The position numbers and the translations under genes were made by a program. A stretch of 64,000 bases of DNA from Nitrospirota bacterium. GTDB taxonomy: Bacteria > Nitrospirota > Thermodesulfovibrionia > Thermodesulfovibrionales > Dissulfurispiraceae. How positions within the stretch are numbered: the stretch's first letter is position 1; each line of letters starts with the position of its first letter. Positions 29,316 to 39,559 of the stretch are shown here, piece by piece. Where the stretch lies: assembly GCA_963790025.1 (NCBI GenBank), contig CAWBMP010000004.1:1344001-1408000 (forward strand). The letters are read 5' to 3'. The notes under the pieces are model-generated. The model searched no databases and was not told the origin of the DNA. It worked only from the letters and a program-made list of their open reading frames with translations.

Positions 29316-30509
29316 TTAATGCCCGCTGCCGTGCCACCCCTCCTGGATATCTCCGGCCTCTGATTCCACCCTGACAGAAACGGCCACCTTATAAAGAACG
29401 GTGAGGGCGAGAGCGCCTATCCCATAAACCCCCAGGGTAATAAGGAGTTCGGGCACTGTTGGGGTATACTCTACAACCCTCTCAAAGGGGTTGGGGACAA
29501 ATCCGCCGACAACAAGGCCCATACCTTTATCTATCCAGCAGGCAATAAAAACGGCGACAAGTGAAAAAGATAGAATGCTCTCGTTCTTCCGCGTATTCGG
29601 ATAGACCAGCAAGGCAATGCCGGCAATCGCAAGCACCGCAGCGGTCCGCATAAATGGGACCAGTCTTGTGTGGCCTTCGAGTCCTACAAACAGATACTTG
29701 ATTGGGGCCATTTCGCCCGGTATCTTGCTGTAGAAGGCTGTAAAAACTTCGAGCAGTAGGAAAAACACATTTACGCACATCGCATAAGTTACTATTTTTG
29801 CAAGCGACTGGATCGCCTCTTTACCCGGGTCGAACTTGCTGACCTTCCTTACGATCATAGCGAGCAGGATAAGGAGCGCGGGGCCTGCCGCAAAGGCCGA
29901 AGAAAGGAATCGTGCCGCCATTATAGCAGTAAGCCAGAGGTGCCTTCCAGGGAGACCGGCGTAAAGAAAAGCCGTTACAGTGTGAATGCTGACCGCCCAT
30001 GGGACTGACAGGTAAATGAGGGGTTTCACCCACGCCGGCGGAGGGAGTTCTTTCCTGTCTGCGCCGAGTGTGGTCCAGCCGATGATCAGGTTGAGCATGA
30101 GATAACCGGACAAAACCAGCATGTCCCAGAACATGACCGAGTTCGGAGTGGGGTGCAGTATAACATTCATAACTCTCGTCGGCTGTCCCATATCGCAAAA
30201 AATGAACAGCATGCACATTATGACCGAAGCGATCGCCAGAAATTCCCCCAGTATAACGATCCTTCCGAATGTCTTATAATCGTGCAGGTAATATGGTATG
30301 ACCATCATAACTGCAGATGCTGCCACGCCGACAAGAAAAGTGAACTGGGCGATATAGAAGCCCCAGCTTACATCCCTGCTCATGCCGGTAATGCCTAAAC
30401 CATAGTTGAACTGCATTAGATAGCAGAAGAAACCGGTGCCGATTATCGCAAGCAACAGAAATATCCATGCCCAGTATCCTTTTCCACCGGTAAGCGCTTT
30501 CTCAAGCAT
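29316..30509 (-). CDS. dsrP: DsrMKJOP complex membrane subunit DsrP (NrfD family)
   Basis: TGMSRDVSWGFYIAQFTFLVGVAAS, WAVSIHTVTAF; ~10 TMs. Confidence 0.93.
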   Translation of the reverse strand: MLEKALTGGKGYWAWIFLLLAIIGTGFFCYLMQFNYGLGITGMSRDVSWGFYIAQFTFLVGVAASAVMMVIPYYLHDYKTFGRIVILGEFLAIASVIMCMLFIFCDMGQPTRVMNVILHPTPNSVMFWDMLVLSGYLMLNLIIGWTTLGADRKELPPPAWVKPLIYLSVPWAVSIHTVTAFLYAGLPGRHLWLTAIMAARFLSSAFAAGPALLILLAMIVRKVSKFDPGKEAIQSLAKIVTYAMCVNVFFLLLEVFTAFYSKIPGEMAPIKYLFVGLEGHTRLVPFMRTAAVLAIAGIALLVYPNTRKNESILSFSLVAVFIACWIDKGMGLVVGGFVPNPFERVVEYTPTVPELLITLGVYGIGALALTVLYKVAVSVRVESEAGDIQEGWHGSGH

Positions 30510-31299
30510 TTTCGTTACCTCCTACGATGTAGTAAACACTGGGCTCTGTCCCGAGTTCCACCTTTCTCCTGATAGTGTAATGTTTGCTGATGAGCTTTCT
30601 TACCTCCGACTGCGGGTCTTCAAGATCACCAAACATTATTCCACCCTGCGATGCGTCAACGCACGCCGGGTTAAGCCCCTTGGCAAGACGCTCATAACAG
30701 AAGGTGCACTTTTCCACTACACCCTTTGTACGTGTCGGGAATTCGGGATTCTCCTCTTTTATAAAAGGTCGCGGGTCCCTGAAATTAAAACTCCGCGCGC
30801 CGAACGGACAGGCCGCCATGCAGAACCTGCAGCCGATGCAGCGGTGCATATCCATCATTACAATGCCGTCTGCTCTTTTGAATGTGGCTTTGGTAGGGCA
30901 CACTCTGACGCATGGCGGGTTGTCACAGTGGTTGCATAAAACCTCGAAAGGCATGTCCTTCATTCCCTCGGCCATGTACTTGCTTTCCTGTCCTGGGAAT
31001 ACGTGTTCATACGTGTCCTTCCATATCCACTTGATCTCTTCCTTGGGGTTGCCGATATCAGGCACATTATGGATACTGTGGCAGGCATGCATGACCCTCT
31101 TATAATCGTCATCAGTCTTGAATTTGCTCATATCGACAACAAAGCCCCAACGCTTTGCTTTCAGTGCGTCAGTACTGGGCTCAAACTGAGAGGCTTGCAC
31201 CGGACCTTGGCAGAGACTGTTCACCCCTGTAATGGCCCCCATCCCGAGTATTGTCGAAACTCCAGTTAATTTTAGAAATTGCCTTCTGTCCATGCTCAT
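30502..31299 (-). CDS. dsrO: periplasmic Fe-S protein DsrO
   Basis: Tat signal DRRQFLK; CNHCDNPPCVRVCP, CIGCRFCMAACP, KCTFC. Confidence 0.93.
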   Translation of the reverse strand: MSMDRRQFLKLTGVSTILGMGAITGVNSLCQGPVQASQFEPSTDALKAKRWGFVVDMSKFKTDDDYKRVMHACHSIHNVPDIGNPKEEIKWIWKDTYEHVFPGQESKYMAEGMKDMPFEVLCNHCDNPPCVRVCPTKATFKRADGIVMMDMHRCIGCRFCMAACPFGARSFNFRDPRPFIKEENPEFPTRTKGVVEKCTFCYERLAKGLNPACVDASQGGIMFGDLEDPQSEVRKLISKHYTIRRKVELGTEPSVYYIVGGNENA

Positions 31300-31694
31300 A
31301 ACTTGTTCTCCTTGGGTGCGATATGACAATCCCAGCAATAAGGCTTCACCGACATAAAATTATGGCAGCTGTCGCAAAACTCTTTCTTGTTCGAGTGGCA
31401 ATGCATGCAGGTGTTCTGGAGGCTCATGTTGTAATGTTTTCCCCCGAAACCTACATACACCCGGTTGCCGTCCCGGACTACCGCATCCCTCCAGTCGTTA
31501 AGCAACTGCATATGCTCGGACCTCATGAAGGCCCTGGGCTCAACACACTGTTTTACCGCCATCTGCTGAATAACAGGGGTATCGATTTTAGGTTCAGGTT
31601 TCACAATAGGCGTCCCCGCACTATATACAAAGGGGAAAGCGATTATTGCTGCAAAGACAAGAAGTCCCGCTATTATTTTTCCGCTGTCATACAT
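31296..31694 (-). CDS. dsrJ: triheme cytochrome c DsrJ
   Basis: three CxxCH motifs, HMQLLNDWRD, N-terminal TM. Confidence 0.94.
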   Translation of the reverse strand: MYDSGKIIAGLLVFAAIIAFPFVYSAGTPIVKPEPKIDTPVIQQMAVKQCVEPRAFMRSEHMQLLNDWRDAVVRDGNRVYVGFGGKHYNMSLQNTCMHCHSNKKEFCDSCHNFMSVKPYCWDCHIAPKENKL

Positions 31695-31695
31695 G

Positions 31696-33318
31696 TTAGC
31701 TTACCTCCTCGCTGCCTTCTTTTCCAGGAAGGGGCTCAAGTCGCATATCGAGCGTCCTCTCCTTCTCCCCCTTCATCACCATGGCGTTTGCTACAAGCTC
31801 TGTTACCCCGGCGACACCGACTTGAGGCACCCAATATTCCACTCCAGCCGAAAGGGTGGCCCTGTCGATCGCACAGACACAGGCAAGCATATTCACTCCA
31901 TATTTTTCGTGTACGAATTTAACCGCGTTCGCCCTTGGGAGAATGCCCCTCATGCGCAGTTCCATATTCTCCGAGGCATTAAGCCCTGAGCCGCTACCGC
32001 AGCAGAACGTCTTCTCCCGGATCGTGTTTTCGGGCATCTCGTAAAAATTATTGCAGACACTGTTGATCACATAACGCGGCTCATCAAGCAGACCCATTCC
32101 GCGCGCCGGATTGCAAGAATCGTGATAGGTCACCTTCAGGTGGTCATTTCTGCTCTTGTCGAGTTTGAGCTTGCCGTTGTGGATGAGGTCGGCTGTGAAT
32201 TCCGAAATATGGACCATCTTTGTTGATTTTGCATTCTCGAATCTTGTCCCCGTTATGGGGGAAACCGGCTCCTCCATAAAATCTGCCGGGCCGTTCCACG
32301 TGTCCATGTACTGGTGCAGGACCCTCCACATATGGCCGCACTCTCCGCCCAGTATCCACTTCACTCCCAGCCTTTTTGCTTCGGCATATATCTTGGCGTT
32401 GAGCCTCTTTGCCATCTCGTTGGACGTGAAAAACCCGAAGTTGCCTCCTTCCGAGGCATAGGTGCTCCAGGTATAGTCAAGACCCAGTTCGTGAAAGAGC
32501 ATCAGATAGCCCATCGCTGTATACGTGCCGGGATTTGCAAAGAGGTCACCCGAAGGGGTGACGAACAATATTTCAGCACCTTTCCGGTTGAAACTCGGAT
32601 TGATTCTAATACCGGTAATCGATTCTATATCATCGACAAAGAGATCGATACTCTGCTTTATTGTGTGAGGCTCGAGGCCGAGATGGTTGCCTTTCATATA
32701 GCAGGCTGCGATAGGGCCGCCTGTCCATCCGATTTGAAGCCCAAGCAGGTTGGTGAGTTCCCTGCCCATCATTGTAATTTCAGCCTGGTCAATGCCATAG
32801 GGACAGAAAACCGAGCAGCGTCTGCACTCTGTGCACTGGTAAAAATAGTACCACCACTCTTTAAGGACGTTCACTGTCAGCTCGCGTGCACCGGCAATCT
32901 TCTTGAGTATCTTCCCTGCCAAAGTGAAATTGCCGCGGTACACCGATCTCAGCAGTTCGGCCCTGAGCACCGGCATATTTTTGGGGTCCCCGGTACCGAT
33001 GAAAAAGTGGCACTTGTCCGCACACGCGCCGCAGCGTACACAGATATCCATGAACAGGCTGAAGGAGCGATACCGTTTCAGAAGCGTCTGCATCCCTTCA
33101 AGGACAGTCTGCTCCCAGTTGGCAGGGAGCTTCCAGTCTTCGTCAGCGACCCGCCAATCTCTTCCGTTAGGCATCTCGACAGTATCAAGGTCCTTCTTTT
33201 TCGTCGGATGGCAATACATATGCTCCCTTATTTCGACGGGTGTATCCATCCACTCCTTCTGAGGTGGTATCATGTTTATTTTTAACAGATCGTTTGGTTT
33301 TGTAGTAAATTTCGCCAT
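31696..33318 (-). CDS. dsrK: DsrK (HdrD-like Fe-S oxidoreductase)
   Basis: CVRCGACADKC, CTECRRC, GECGH, HDSC, CCGSG. Confidence 0.95.
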   Translation of the reverse strand: MAKFTTKPNDLLKINMIPPQKEWMDTPVEIREHMYCHPTKKKDLDTVEMPNGRDWRVADEDWKLPANWEQTVLEGMQTLLKRYRSFSLFMDICVRCGACADKCHFFIGTGDPKNMPVLRAELLRSVYRGNFTLAGKILKKIAGARELTVNVLKEWWYYFYQCTECRRCSVFCPYGIDQAEITMMGRELTNLLGLQIGWTGGPIAACYMKGNHLGLEPHTIKQSIDLFVDDIESITGIRINPSFNRKGAEILFVTPSGDLFANPGTYTAMGYLMLFHELGLDYTWSTYASEGGNFGFFTSNEMAKRLNAKIYAEAKRLGVKWILGGECGHMWRVLHQYMDTWNGPADFMEEPVSPITGTRFENAKSTKMVHISEFTADLIHNGKLKLDKSRNDHLKVTYHDSCNPARGMGLLDEPRYVINSVCNNFYEMPENTIREKTFCCGSGSGLNASENMELRMRGILPRANAVKFVHEKYGVNMLACVCAIDRATLSAGVEYWVPQVGVAGVTELVANAMVMKGEKERTLDMRLEPLPGKEGSEEVS

Positions 33319-33320
33319 GT

Positions 33321-34316
33321 CTACTCCTTCTCGACCGGAATATCAGCCATTTTCATTTTTTCTCTGAAATCATTTTCGTATTCCTCATAAGTATGGACAT
33401 GAACAGGGTAATTCCATGGGTTTATGTGCCTGACCATGCGGTTATTATTCGCCATGTTTCTTGTCGGGCTAAGGAATACCCCTGCCATATGCACCAGTTT
33501 GCTGAATGGGAAATAGGCAAACAGGATACTGATAAGGAACAAGTGTACATAAAACATTATTCCTATCCCTTGCGGGACAACCGGCCTGAAGGTGATAAGA
33601 CCCATAGTCAACTGCTTCACGCTGACGATATCGACCTTGGTGAAGTACCGCATCAGAATTCCCGTAGCGGCAATGGCCAGGATGAGCAAAAGAGGGAAAT
33701 AATCGGCAGGAAGTGAAATATAGCGCACCAGCGGATTGGTAACTCTTCTTATAAAAAGATATGTAACAGCGGCCAAAATTATTACGTCGGTGATATACAG
33801 CAGCGGGACCCCGATCTGAAGAAAGCTGTCAAGAGTTTCCACGATATGTATGGGATACGGCAACTGAAGCGAGAAAAATCTGAAATGCCTGATGAGGATT
33901 ATCAGAAACGACCAGTGGAAAGCCATACCCGCCAGCCAGAGCCACTTGTCGGAACCGTATGCGATCCTGCCTTCTTCTTCTCTCATGTCGACCTTGATAT
34001 TCCTGAAGAGGGAGCGGAAAAGCAACACTTCCAACGCCATTCTGCCGATTACGCCAAACGTGCCGGATGGATTATCCAGTTTGTCCTGCTTGATCCACGG
34101 CAATGACTTCTCCTGCCCGCAGGTCGTGGGGATCCGAAACGGCACAGGAGAGCTTGCCCACTTCACCACGCGGCAGATTATCCCCACGGCGAAAGTGGCC
34201 ACGGCTGCGTATGGGATAATGACACCAAACAGGAAATTCATATTTGCAAATTGTACCCCTGCCACAACCAGCAAAATCAGTGTTATTACTGCGAATAAAG
34301 GGAATAGGGTTTTCAT
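33321..34316 (-). CDS. dsrM: DsrM (NarI-like cytochrome b)
   Basis: PVPFRIPTTCGQ, FHWS, PFSKLVH, SPTRN. Confidence 0.95.
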   Translation of the reverse strand: MKTLFPLFAVITLILLVVAGVQFANMNFLFGVIIPYAAVATFAVGIICRVVKWASSPVPFRIPTTCGQEKSLPWIKQDKLDNPSGTFGVIGRMALEVLLFRSLFRNIKVDMREEEGRIAYGSDKWLWLAGMAFHWSFLIILIRHFRFFSLQLPYPIHIVETLDSFLQIGVPLLYITDVIILAAVTYLFIRRVTNPLVRYISLPADYFPLLLILAIAATGILMRYFTKVDIVSVKQLTMGLITFRPVVPQGIGIMFYVHLFLISILFAYFPFSKLVHMAGVFLSPTRNMANNNRMVRHINPWNYPVHVHTYEEYENDFREKMKMADIPVEKE

Positions 34317-34888
34317 TTTGCTACCTCTTTTGGTTTTGGTTTATTGCTTCTATTTTCTCCGGGACCTGCTGGCTCCTCTCCCGGGACTTCGCATATCATC
34401 TGGGCCTTCTGCAGGAGCCTGTAAGTCATATTTCTGGTTTCATTCGTTTTCACTTCATATATCTTTTCCCGGCATTTCATAAAGCTGTCGAAGGCATAGA
34501 GGGCAACAGCATCAATCCTGGCTTCAAGTGCTACCAGCTCCCCGGATAATGATCGCTCCTGCACGGCCTCTCCAAGTATTTCTCTTATTATGCTTTTTAA
34601 CAGAAGGATAAAAACGATGGCGCGGGATGGGGGACCCTCCTGAACCGCCCTGATTCGTATAATGCCGTCGAGAGAAGGGGCCGCTTTTTCGGCATCTGCT
34701 CCACTAAGCAGCTCGTCGAAAAATACCTCTGTTCCCTGTTTAAGCGTATGTCCTACAGGATTTGCGAATCGGTCTTTTTGTTTTCTAAGAAAAATAGTAG
34801 TATCGGCAGGGTACGACTCAACAACAATATCAAACCATCTCTTCAGAATGTCGGGTCTCTTTTCAGACAAGAGATCTATAAGCTTCAT
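34313..34888 (-). CDS. dsrT: DsrT (RsbRD N-terminal-like)
   Basis: DRFANPVG, IRIRAVQ, CREKIYE; immediately upstream of dsrM. Confidence 0.9.
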   Translation of the reverse strand: MKLIDLLSEKRPDILKRWFDIVVESYPADTTIFLRKQKDRFANPVGHTLKQGTEVFFDELLSGADAEKAAPSLDGIIRIRAVQEGPPSRAIVFILLLKSIIREILGEAVQERSLSGELVALEARIDAVALYAFDSFMKCREKIYEVKTNETRNMTYRLLQKAQMICEVPGEEPAGPGENRSNKPKPKEVAK

Positions 34889-34915
34889 TTCCTCCCCATA
34901 AGGTAAACAACATAA

Positions 34916-34942
34916 GTAGGAGGCAGAACCTCTGCCTCCTAC
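34916..34942 (-). terminator. hairpin/terminator downstream of dsrC
   Basis: GTAGGAGGCAGA-ACC-TCTGCCTCCTAC with T-rich tail on the minus strand. Confidence 0.75.
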
Positions 34943-34972
34943 CCGTTTTCAATTTTTAAGCTAAGCTGTGGT

Positions 34973-35308
34973 TTATACGCAACCTGTCGGCTTTGGCAGT
35001 CCTGCGTATCTGCAAGCCTGCTTTGCAGGGCCGTCCGGGAACAACTCGTAAAGATATTTTGTATTGCCCTTGGCAGCTCCCATTACCTTGCCGATTTCTT
35101 TCACAAGGATCTTTATCATGGGCGCTATTTGATATTTCTGATAATAATCTCTAAGGAAGTTTATAATCTCCCAGTGCTCCTCTGAGAGTTCGACTCCGTC
35201 CCCTTTGGCCATGGTGATTGCTATATCTTTGTTCCATGCTTCCAGATCAACCATGTAACCATCCTCGTCAACTTCAACCTGCTTACCGCCAATTTCCATA
35301 TTAGGCAT
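34973..35308 (-). CDS. dsrC: sulfur carrier DsrC
   Basis: VDEDGY, YELFPDGPAKQAC, C-terminal Cys-x10-Cys (CRYAGLPKPTGCV). Confidence 0.97.
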   Translation of the reverse strand: MPNMEIGGKQVEVDEDGYMVDLEAWNKDIAITMAKGDGVELSEEHWEIINFLRDYYQKYQIAPMIKILVKEIGKVMGAAKGNTKYLYELFPDGPAKQACRYAGLPKPTGCV

Positions 35309-35372
35309 ACCGCTTTCCTCCTTGCGTAACGCAATTTATTAACTACTTATGGATTATTCTGCTATAACTAAC

Positions 35373-35432
35373 TTAAAGTAGATAGTTAGACTTATCACGA
35401 TAATATAGAACCTGTCGTCAGGTCAAATAAAA
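35373..35432 (-). promoter_or_regulatory. putative dsrC promoter/operator; motif shared with dsrA upstream region
   Basis: minus strand TTTATTTGACC-N13-TATATTATCGT..AGTCTAA..TACTTTAA. Confidence 0.6.
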
Positions 35433-35445
35433 TAATATTATAAAT

Positions 35446-36519
35446 TCATTTGGGCGATTTATGCAAGACCTCGCCGGCGATTTCACCGACAGTCCTTATT
35501 AGCAAGTCTTCCCCCTTATAAAATGGCACTGGACCGTCGTCGTCTAAAAGTCCGGATATTTGCCCTATAGCGCCTTTTCCGCCATCCAGTATGCCCATTG
35601 CCCATATTGCATAGCCCCTGACATCAGGTTTTTTGTCTGCCAGCATCTGCGTCAGTTCCGGCACAATAAATCCGACCAGGCCGGGGCTTTCCATGGCAAT
35701 GCGTCCCATCGCCCAGACAATGCCTGCCCGGAACATCTCTTCATCCCTGAAAGACCAGAGAATAGGAACAATGTCATTAAACGAATCAGGGTTACCGGCA
35801 ATGATCTCCCCTACTATTTCCGCTGCGCTCCATCCGATGCCTCCGGACTCTTCACCCATGGACCATAAAAGCCGCCTTATGGTGTCGCGCATGTTACCCA
35901 TCCTCTCCTCAGAATCTTTAGAAAAAGTCCTCGAAACAACACCTATTGCCTCAATGGCCCTCCAGCCCAGCACATCCTCTTTATCATATGTCAACGATAT
36001 GAGCACCCTTATAACGCCTTTGTCCTGCATCGCCATGTCAGCCACTTCATCGTAGGCCCGCAATTCAAGTAAACTCCTGAGCCTGTCCTTCCTGTCCATT
36101 TTGCTCCCTCCGGTGATTGCCCGGGTCGTCGTCATCCCGGACTGGGGAACAGCAGCCTGTGTGCACTGCGGCGGACAACAACTTTCCACCTGTGGCGACT
36201 TCAGTTTTACAAAGACAAGTCTTCCGGCCGCATTGCTCCGGCCTTTTGAGTATACTCTCTGGTGGGTCTTCATATCGTAGTCCATGTCGCTTGTCTCATA
36301 ATCAACATCTTCACTGATGCTGTTGATCTGCCAGTCACCCTTTGCCAGAGCAAGGGCCTCCATATAGGCTTCACCGGTATTGCGGCCTGTCGGGTCGCAT
36401 ACGTAAACCGTGCCGCATTCGCATGAGCCTCCTGTCACATTACCGAACTCAGTAATCATTTCGGTTGTCCGATTTATAATACGTCCGCAGAAAGGGCATT
36501 CAGGGGGGTATTTAATCAT
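35446..36519 (-). CDS. uncharacterised HEAT/PBS-lyase repeat protein with Cys-rich N-terminal domain
   Basis: CPFC, CECG...C N-terminus; WRAIEAIG, EESGGIGW, DVRGYAIWAMG helical repeats; coupled to dsrN. Confidence 0.75.
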   Translation of the reverse strand: MIKYPPECPFCGRIINRTTEMITEFGNVTGGSCECGTVYVCDPTGRNTGEAYMEALALAKGDWQINSISEDVDYETSDMDYDMKTHQRVYSKGRSNAAGRLVFVKLKSPQVESCCPPQCTQAAVPQSGMTTTRAITGGSKMDRKDRLRSLLELRAYDEVADMAMQDKGVIRVLISLTYDKEDVLGWRAIEAIGVVSRTFSKDSEERMGNMRDTIRRLLWSMGEESGGIGWSAAEIVGEIIAGNPDSFNDIVPILWSFRDEEMFRAGIVWAMGRIAMESPGLVGFIVPELTQMLADKKPDVRGYAIWAMGILDGGKGAIGQISGLLDDDGPVPFYKGEDLLIRTVGEIAGEVLHKSPK

Positions 36520-37946
36520 TATTGTTGCACGACCTTTTTAGTTGTTCTGTACTTATCTGCACAACCGATAAGCCCGACTGCCCATGCAGGAGTCCCTAAA
36601 GCATGTATATGCGTATAGGTGGCGAGCACATTTTTATAACAAATTCCGTCCCTTTTGTCCTTTATTCCTTTGCCCCGGAGCATGGCAAATGCTGAATATT
36701 GTAAAACGCTTTCAGAAAGCCCTGCAACCGCGGAGTAATGGAATTCATGTCCGTGCAGCATTGTTCCGACCGGATAAAAGGGGTTCTCCCTGTCGACTTC
36801 GACAACAGTATACCCATGCGCCTGCGGTTTCCTTTTCATGTCGAAAACAATGGGAAATACGCCGGTCATCGGGTATTGCCCGCCCTCTGATATAATACTT
36901 TCACCCAAAAACATCAGCCCCCCGCACTCTGCATAGATGGGCAATCCCCTGTCAGCCTTGTATCGTATGGAATCTCTGAAAGCGGCGTTGCCGGCCAACT
37001 GCAGTGCGTTAGTCTCAGGGAAACCTCCGCCGATATAAAGGCCATCTATCTCGGGAAGCCCGGCATCGGCCAAGGCATTTATATCTATAATCTCAGCACC
37101 ATTTTTTTCAAGCTCCTCAAGATTTTCAGGGTAATAAAACTGAAACGCCGCATCACGGATCACGCCAATCCTGACTCTCGAATGGGAAGTTCGGATGGTT
37201 GGTTGAGAAATGTCGGAAACCACTGATCTATTTAACTCCGCATCCGGCAGAGGTCCCGCCGCCATTGCGATTTGCACTATTGCATCCATGTCGAGATACT
37301 TAGCTGAAATTTCCTCAGCAAGTGCAATCACCTTTGCCGTATCGGGATGCTCCTGGTAGGGAGTGAGCCCCATATGTCGCTCGGGGAGTTCGTCATCATG
37401 CAGCCTGGGGATTACGCCAAGCACCGGCAGCAAACAGTATTTGTTTATCGATTCCCTTACAACCGATTCATGCCTATGGCCTGCTACCTGGTTAAGCACT
37501 ACTCCTTTTATTGCAACTTCGCTGTCCAGATGCATGCACCCCAGCAACACTGCCGCAGAGGTCCTCGTCATCTTGGTACAATCGAGGACCAGTACAACAG
37601 GCGCACGCAACACTTTGGCAAGCTCCGCGGTACTGTATGCCCCTTCAGCGTCCATTCCGTCATGCAGCCCCCTATTGCCCTCAATAACAGCAATGTCACT
37701 GCAGGCATGGCAGGCAAATGAAGTTATTATCATCTCTCCCGAAAGGAAAAAAGGATCAAGATTATAGCAGGGCCTTTGGGCCGCAATCGAAAGCCACCCG
37801 GCATCAATATAGTCGGGGCCTTTTTTAAAAGGGGTCACCTGCAGCCCCTTTAGCGACCTCAGTCCGGCGATAATTGCAAGCGAGAGGATAGTTTTGCCGC
37901 TGCCTCCCCGTACTCCTGCAATAACCAGTCTTGGGTATGCACGCAT
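36519..37946 (-). CDS. dsrN: siroheme a-amidase DsrN (CbiA paralogue)
   Basis: GGSGKT, FKKGPDYID, EGNRGL, ERHMGL, AECGG; within the dsr cluster. Confidence 0.9.
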   Translation of the reverse strand: MRAYPRLVIAGVRGGSGKTILSLAIIAGLRSLKGLQVTPFKKGPDYIDAGWLSIAAQRPCYNLDPFFLSGEMIITSFACHACSDIAVIEGNRGLHDGMDAEGAYSTAELAKVLRAPVVLVLDCTKMTRTSAAVLLGCMHLDSEVAIKGVVLNQVAGHRHESVVRESINKYCLLPVLGVIPRLHDDELPERHMGLTPYQEHPDTAKVIALAEEISAKYLDMDAIVQIAMAAGPLPDAELNRSVVSDISQPTIRTSHSRVRIGVIRDAAFQFYYPENLEELEKNGAEIIDINALADAGLPEIDGLYIGGGFPETNALQLAGNAAFRDSIRYKADRGLPIYAECGGLMFLGESIISEGGQYPMTGVFPIVFDMKRKPQAHGYTVVEVDRENPFYPVGTMLHGHEFHYSAVAGLSESVLQYSAFAMLRGKGIKDKRDGICYKNVLATYTHIHALGTPAWAVGLIGCADKYRTTKKVVQQ

Positions 37947-37986
37947 CGTTTTATATTATAACTTAAATACAATGACTGACCATAGA

Positions 37987-38047
37987 AAAAAGGCAGAACC
38001 CATCTCTCGCTTTTGCGGCCCTGTTCGAGAGAGCAGTCTGCCTTTCC
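37987..38047 (-). terminator. hairpin/terminator downstream of dsrD
   Basis: AAAGGCAGA...CTCTCG..CGAGAG...TCTGCCTTT with T tract on the minus strand. Confidence 0.6.
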
Positions 38048-38072
38048 TGGTCCCTGATGTATTGAAGTCTAA

Positions 38073-38300
38073 TTACTGCTTTGGAGGTATCTCTACAAAG
38101 CTTCCGCCGAAATATGTGTAAATAAGTTTCCCTTCATCCACGAGATCTTTCAGGGCGGCCTTTACCTCATCCCTGGTAATGCCGGCTTCTGCCGAAATCG
38201 TCTTTTGGATATCGCTTGACTTCAACTTCTTTTTTCCAATGGACTTTTCTACCAGGGCATATATTTTCTGTGCTACCTCTTCTTTTTCCATGAATGGCAC
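38073..38300 (-). CDS. dsrD: DsrD
   Basis: ~75-aa Lys-rich winged-helix-like protein (KKKLK..D, LVDEGKLIY..GGS) directly after dsrB; start may be 38291. Confidence 0.85.
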   Translation of the reverse strand: MPFMEKEEVAQKIYALVEKSIGKKKLKSSDIQKTISAEAGITRDEVKAALKDLVDEGKLIYTYFGGSFVEIPPKQ

Positions 38301-38396
38301 CTTTCCTTCGCGCCCCGCCGAGCACTTAAATGGCCATAAGCAGCGTGTTAAGTGCTAGTCGTGACCCTTGCTTTAACGGTTTTTATTGCTAAAGTC

Positions 38397-38437
38397 TCAT
38401 CAGAGGGGGTCGCACGGTTGCGGGCCCCCCCTGATGA
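38397..38437 (-). other. strong GC hairpin after dsrB without a U tail
   Basis: TCATCAGAGGGGG..CGCA/TGCG..CCCCCCCTGATGA. Confidence 0.6.
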
Positions 38438-38450
38438 ATCCACGGTATTC

Positions 38451-39521
38451 TTACCACTTAAATGAAGCAGAATTCCTGTATGTCTCTTTTGCAATGGTGA
38501 AGTCGTCAATATGCTGGAAGGTAAACGGTATTTTGGTAATACTGAAGAATGACTCCCAGCCTATCCTTTCTACCCATTCGCCCACTCTCTCGTGCTTCCT
38601 GGCGCCGGCGATGTATGCTTCAAGAATCGTCTTTACGGCTGCAGTGACTTCAGGCCATCTCGGGGGGTTGTTCGGGATGTAAGGAATAGCCAGTTTGGAA
38701 AACTTCGGATCGCTCCTCAGGTTTCCAACCTTTCCGCCCACAACGATAGCGATTCCGTCATTCACAGGATCTGCAATAGGAAGAGCCGGACATACTGAGA
38801 AACAGTTTCCGCAGTACATGCACTTCTCTTCTTTGATCTTAACGCTCTTGTTTGCCGGGTCCGGGCTGATAGCGCCTGTAGGGCATGCGGCTATTGTTGA
38901 AGGCACCTCGCACATGTTCTTGACTTTATCAGTCTCGACGACAGGAATTTTCCTGTGGATACCGACCAGAGCGATATCTGAGCAGTGAACAGCGCCGCAC
39001 ATATTCGTGCAGCATGCAACTGCAATCCTTACCTTGTTAGGCGTTTCCTTCGTGGTAAAATAGTCGGCAAACTCGTCCATAAGTACCTTGACGAGACCAG
39101 ACGCATCGCATGCAGCAGAATGACAATGCACCCAGCCCTGTGTATGGACAATGTTGCTTATCCTGGGTCCGATTCCCCCTATCATATAATTCTTCGACTT
39201 GAGGTCTTTCATGAGAGGCTCGACGTTCTTTTCATCCGACACAAGGAATTCCACGTTGTGCCTGGTTGTATAGCGGATATATCCGCCGCAATATTTTTCG
39301 GCAAGAGCGGCATGCTCTCTTATGGTGTCTGTGCTGAGGAGTCTTGGGGAAGCGACCCTTACCGTCCATAATTTGTCTCCGCTATTGGAAACATGGACCA
39401 TCAATCCGGGATTTATGACCTCATGGTACTTCCAGTCTCCGTAGTTTTTCTGGATTACCGGCGGCAAATATTCCTTAAAGTGAGGCGGTCCTATGTCTGT
39501 TCTTCTCTGTGGTAAAGCCAT
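38451..39521 (-). CDS. dsrB: dissimilatory sulfite reductase beta subunit
   Basis: [46 protein letters not shown]. Confidence 0.98.
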   Translation of the reverse strand: MALPQRRTDIGPPHFKEYLPPVIQKNYGDWKYHEVINPGLMVHVSNSGDKLWTVRVASPRLLSTDTIREHAALAEKYCGGYIRYTTRHNVEFLVSDEKNVEPLMKDLKSKNYMIGGIGPRISNIVHTQGWVHCHSAACDASGLVKVLMDEFADYFTTKETPNKVRIAVACCTNMCGAVHCSDIALVGIHRKIPVVETDKVKNMCEVPSTIAACPTGAISPDPANKSVKIKEEKCMYCGNCFSVCPALPIADPVNDGIAIVVGGKVGNLRSDPKFSKLAIPYIPNNPPRWPEVTAAVKTILEAYIAGARKHERVGEWVERIGWESFFSITKIPFTFQHIDDFTIAKETYRNSASFKW

Positions 39522-39559
39522 AATTTTCCTCCTTCTTGAGTTATATAAATTATATATTG

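Noticed and set aside
32314..33285. 323-aa plus-strand ORF and similar long antisense ORFs (41862-42761, 13686-14363)
   Set aside because: Shadows of dsrK, smc and cbiET
36519..37946. Second cbiA as a novel duplication
   Set aside because: Explained as DsrN by its position in the dsr cluster
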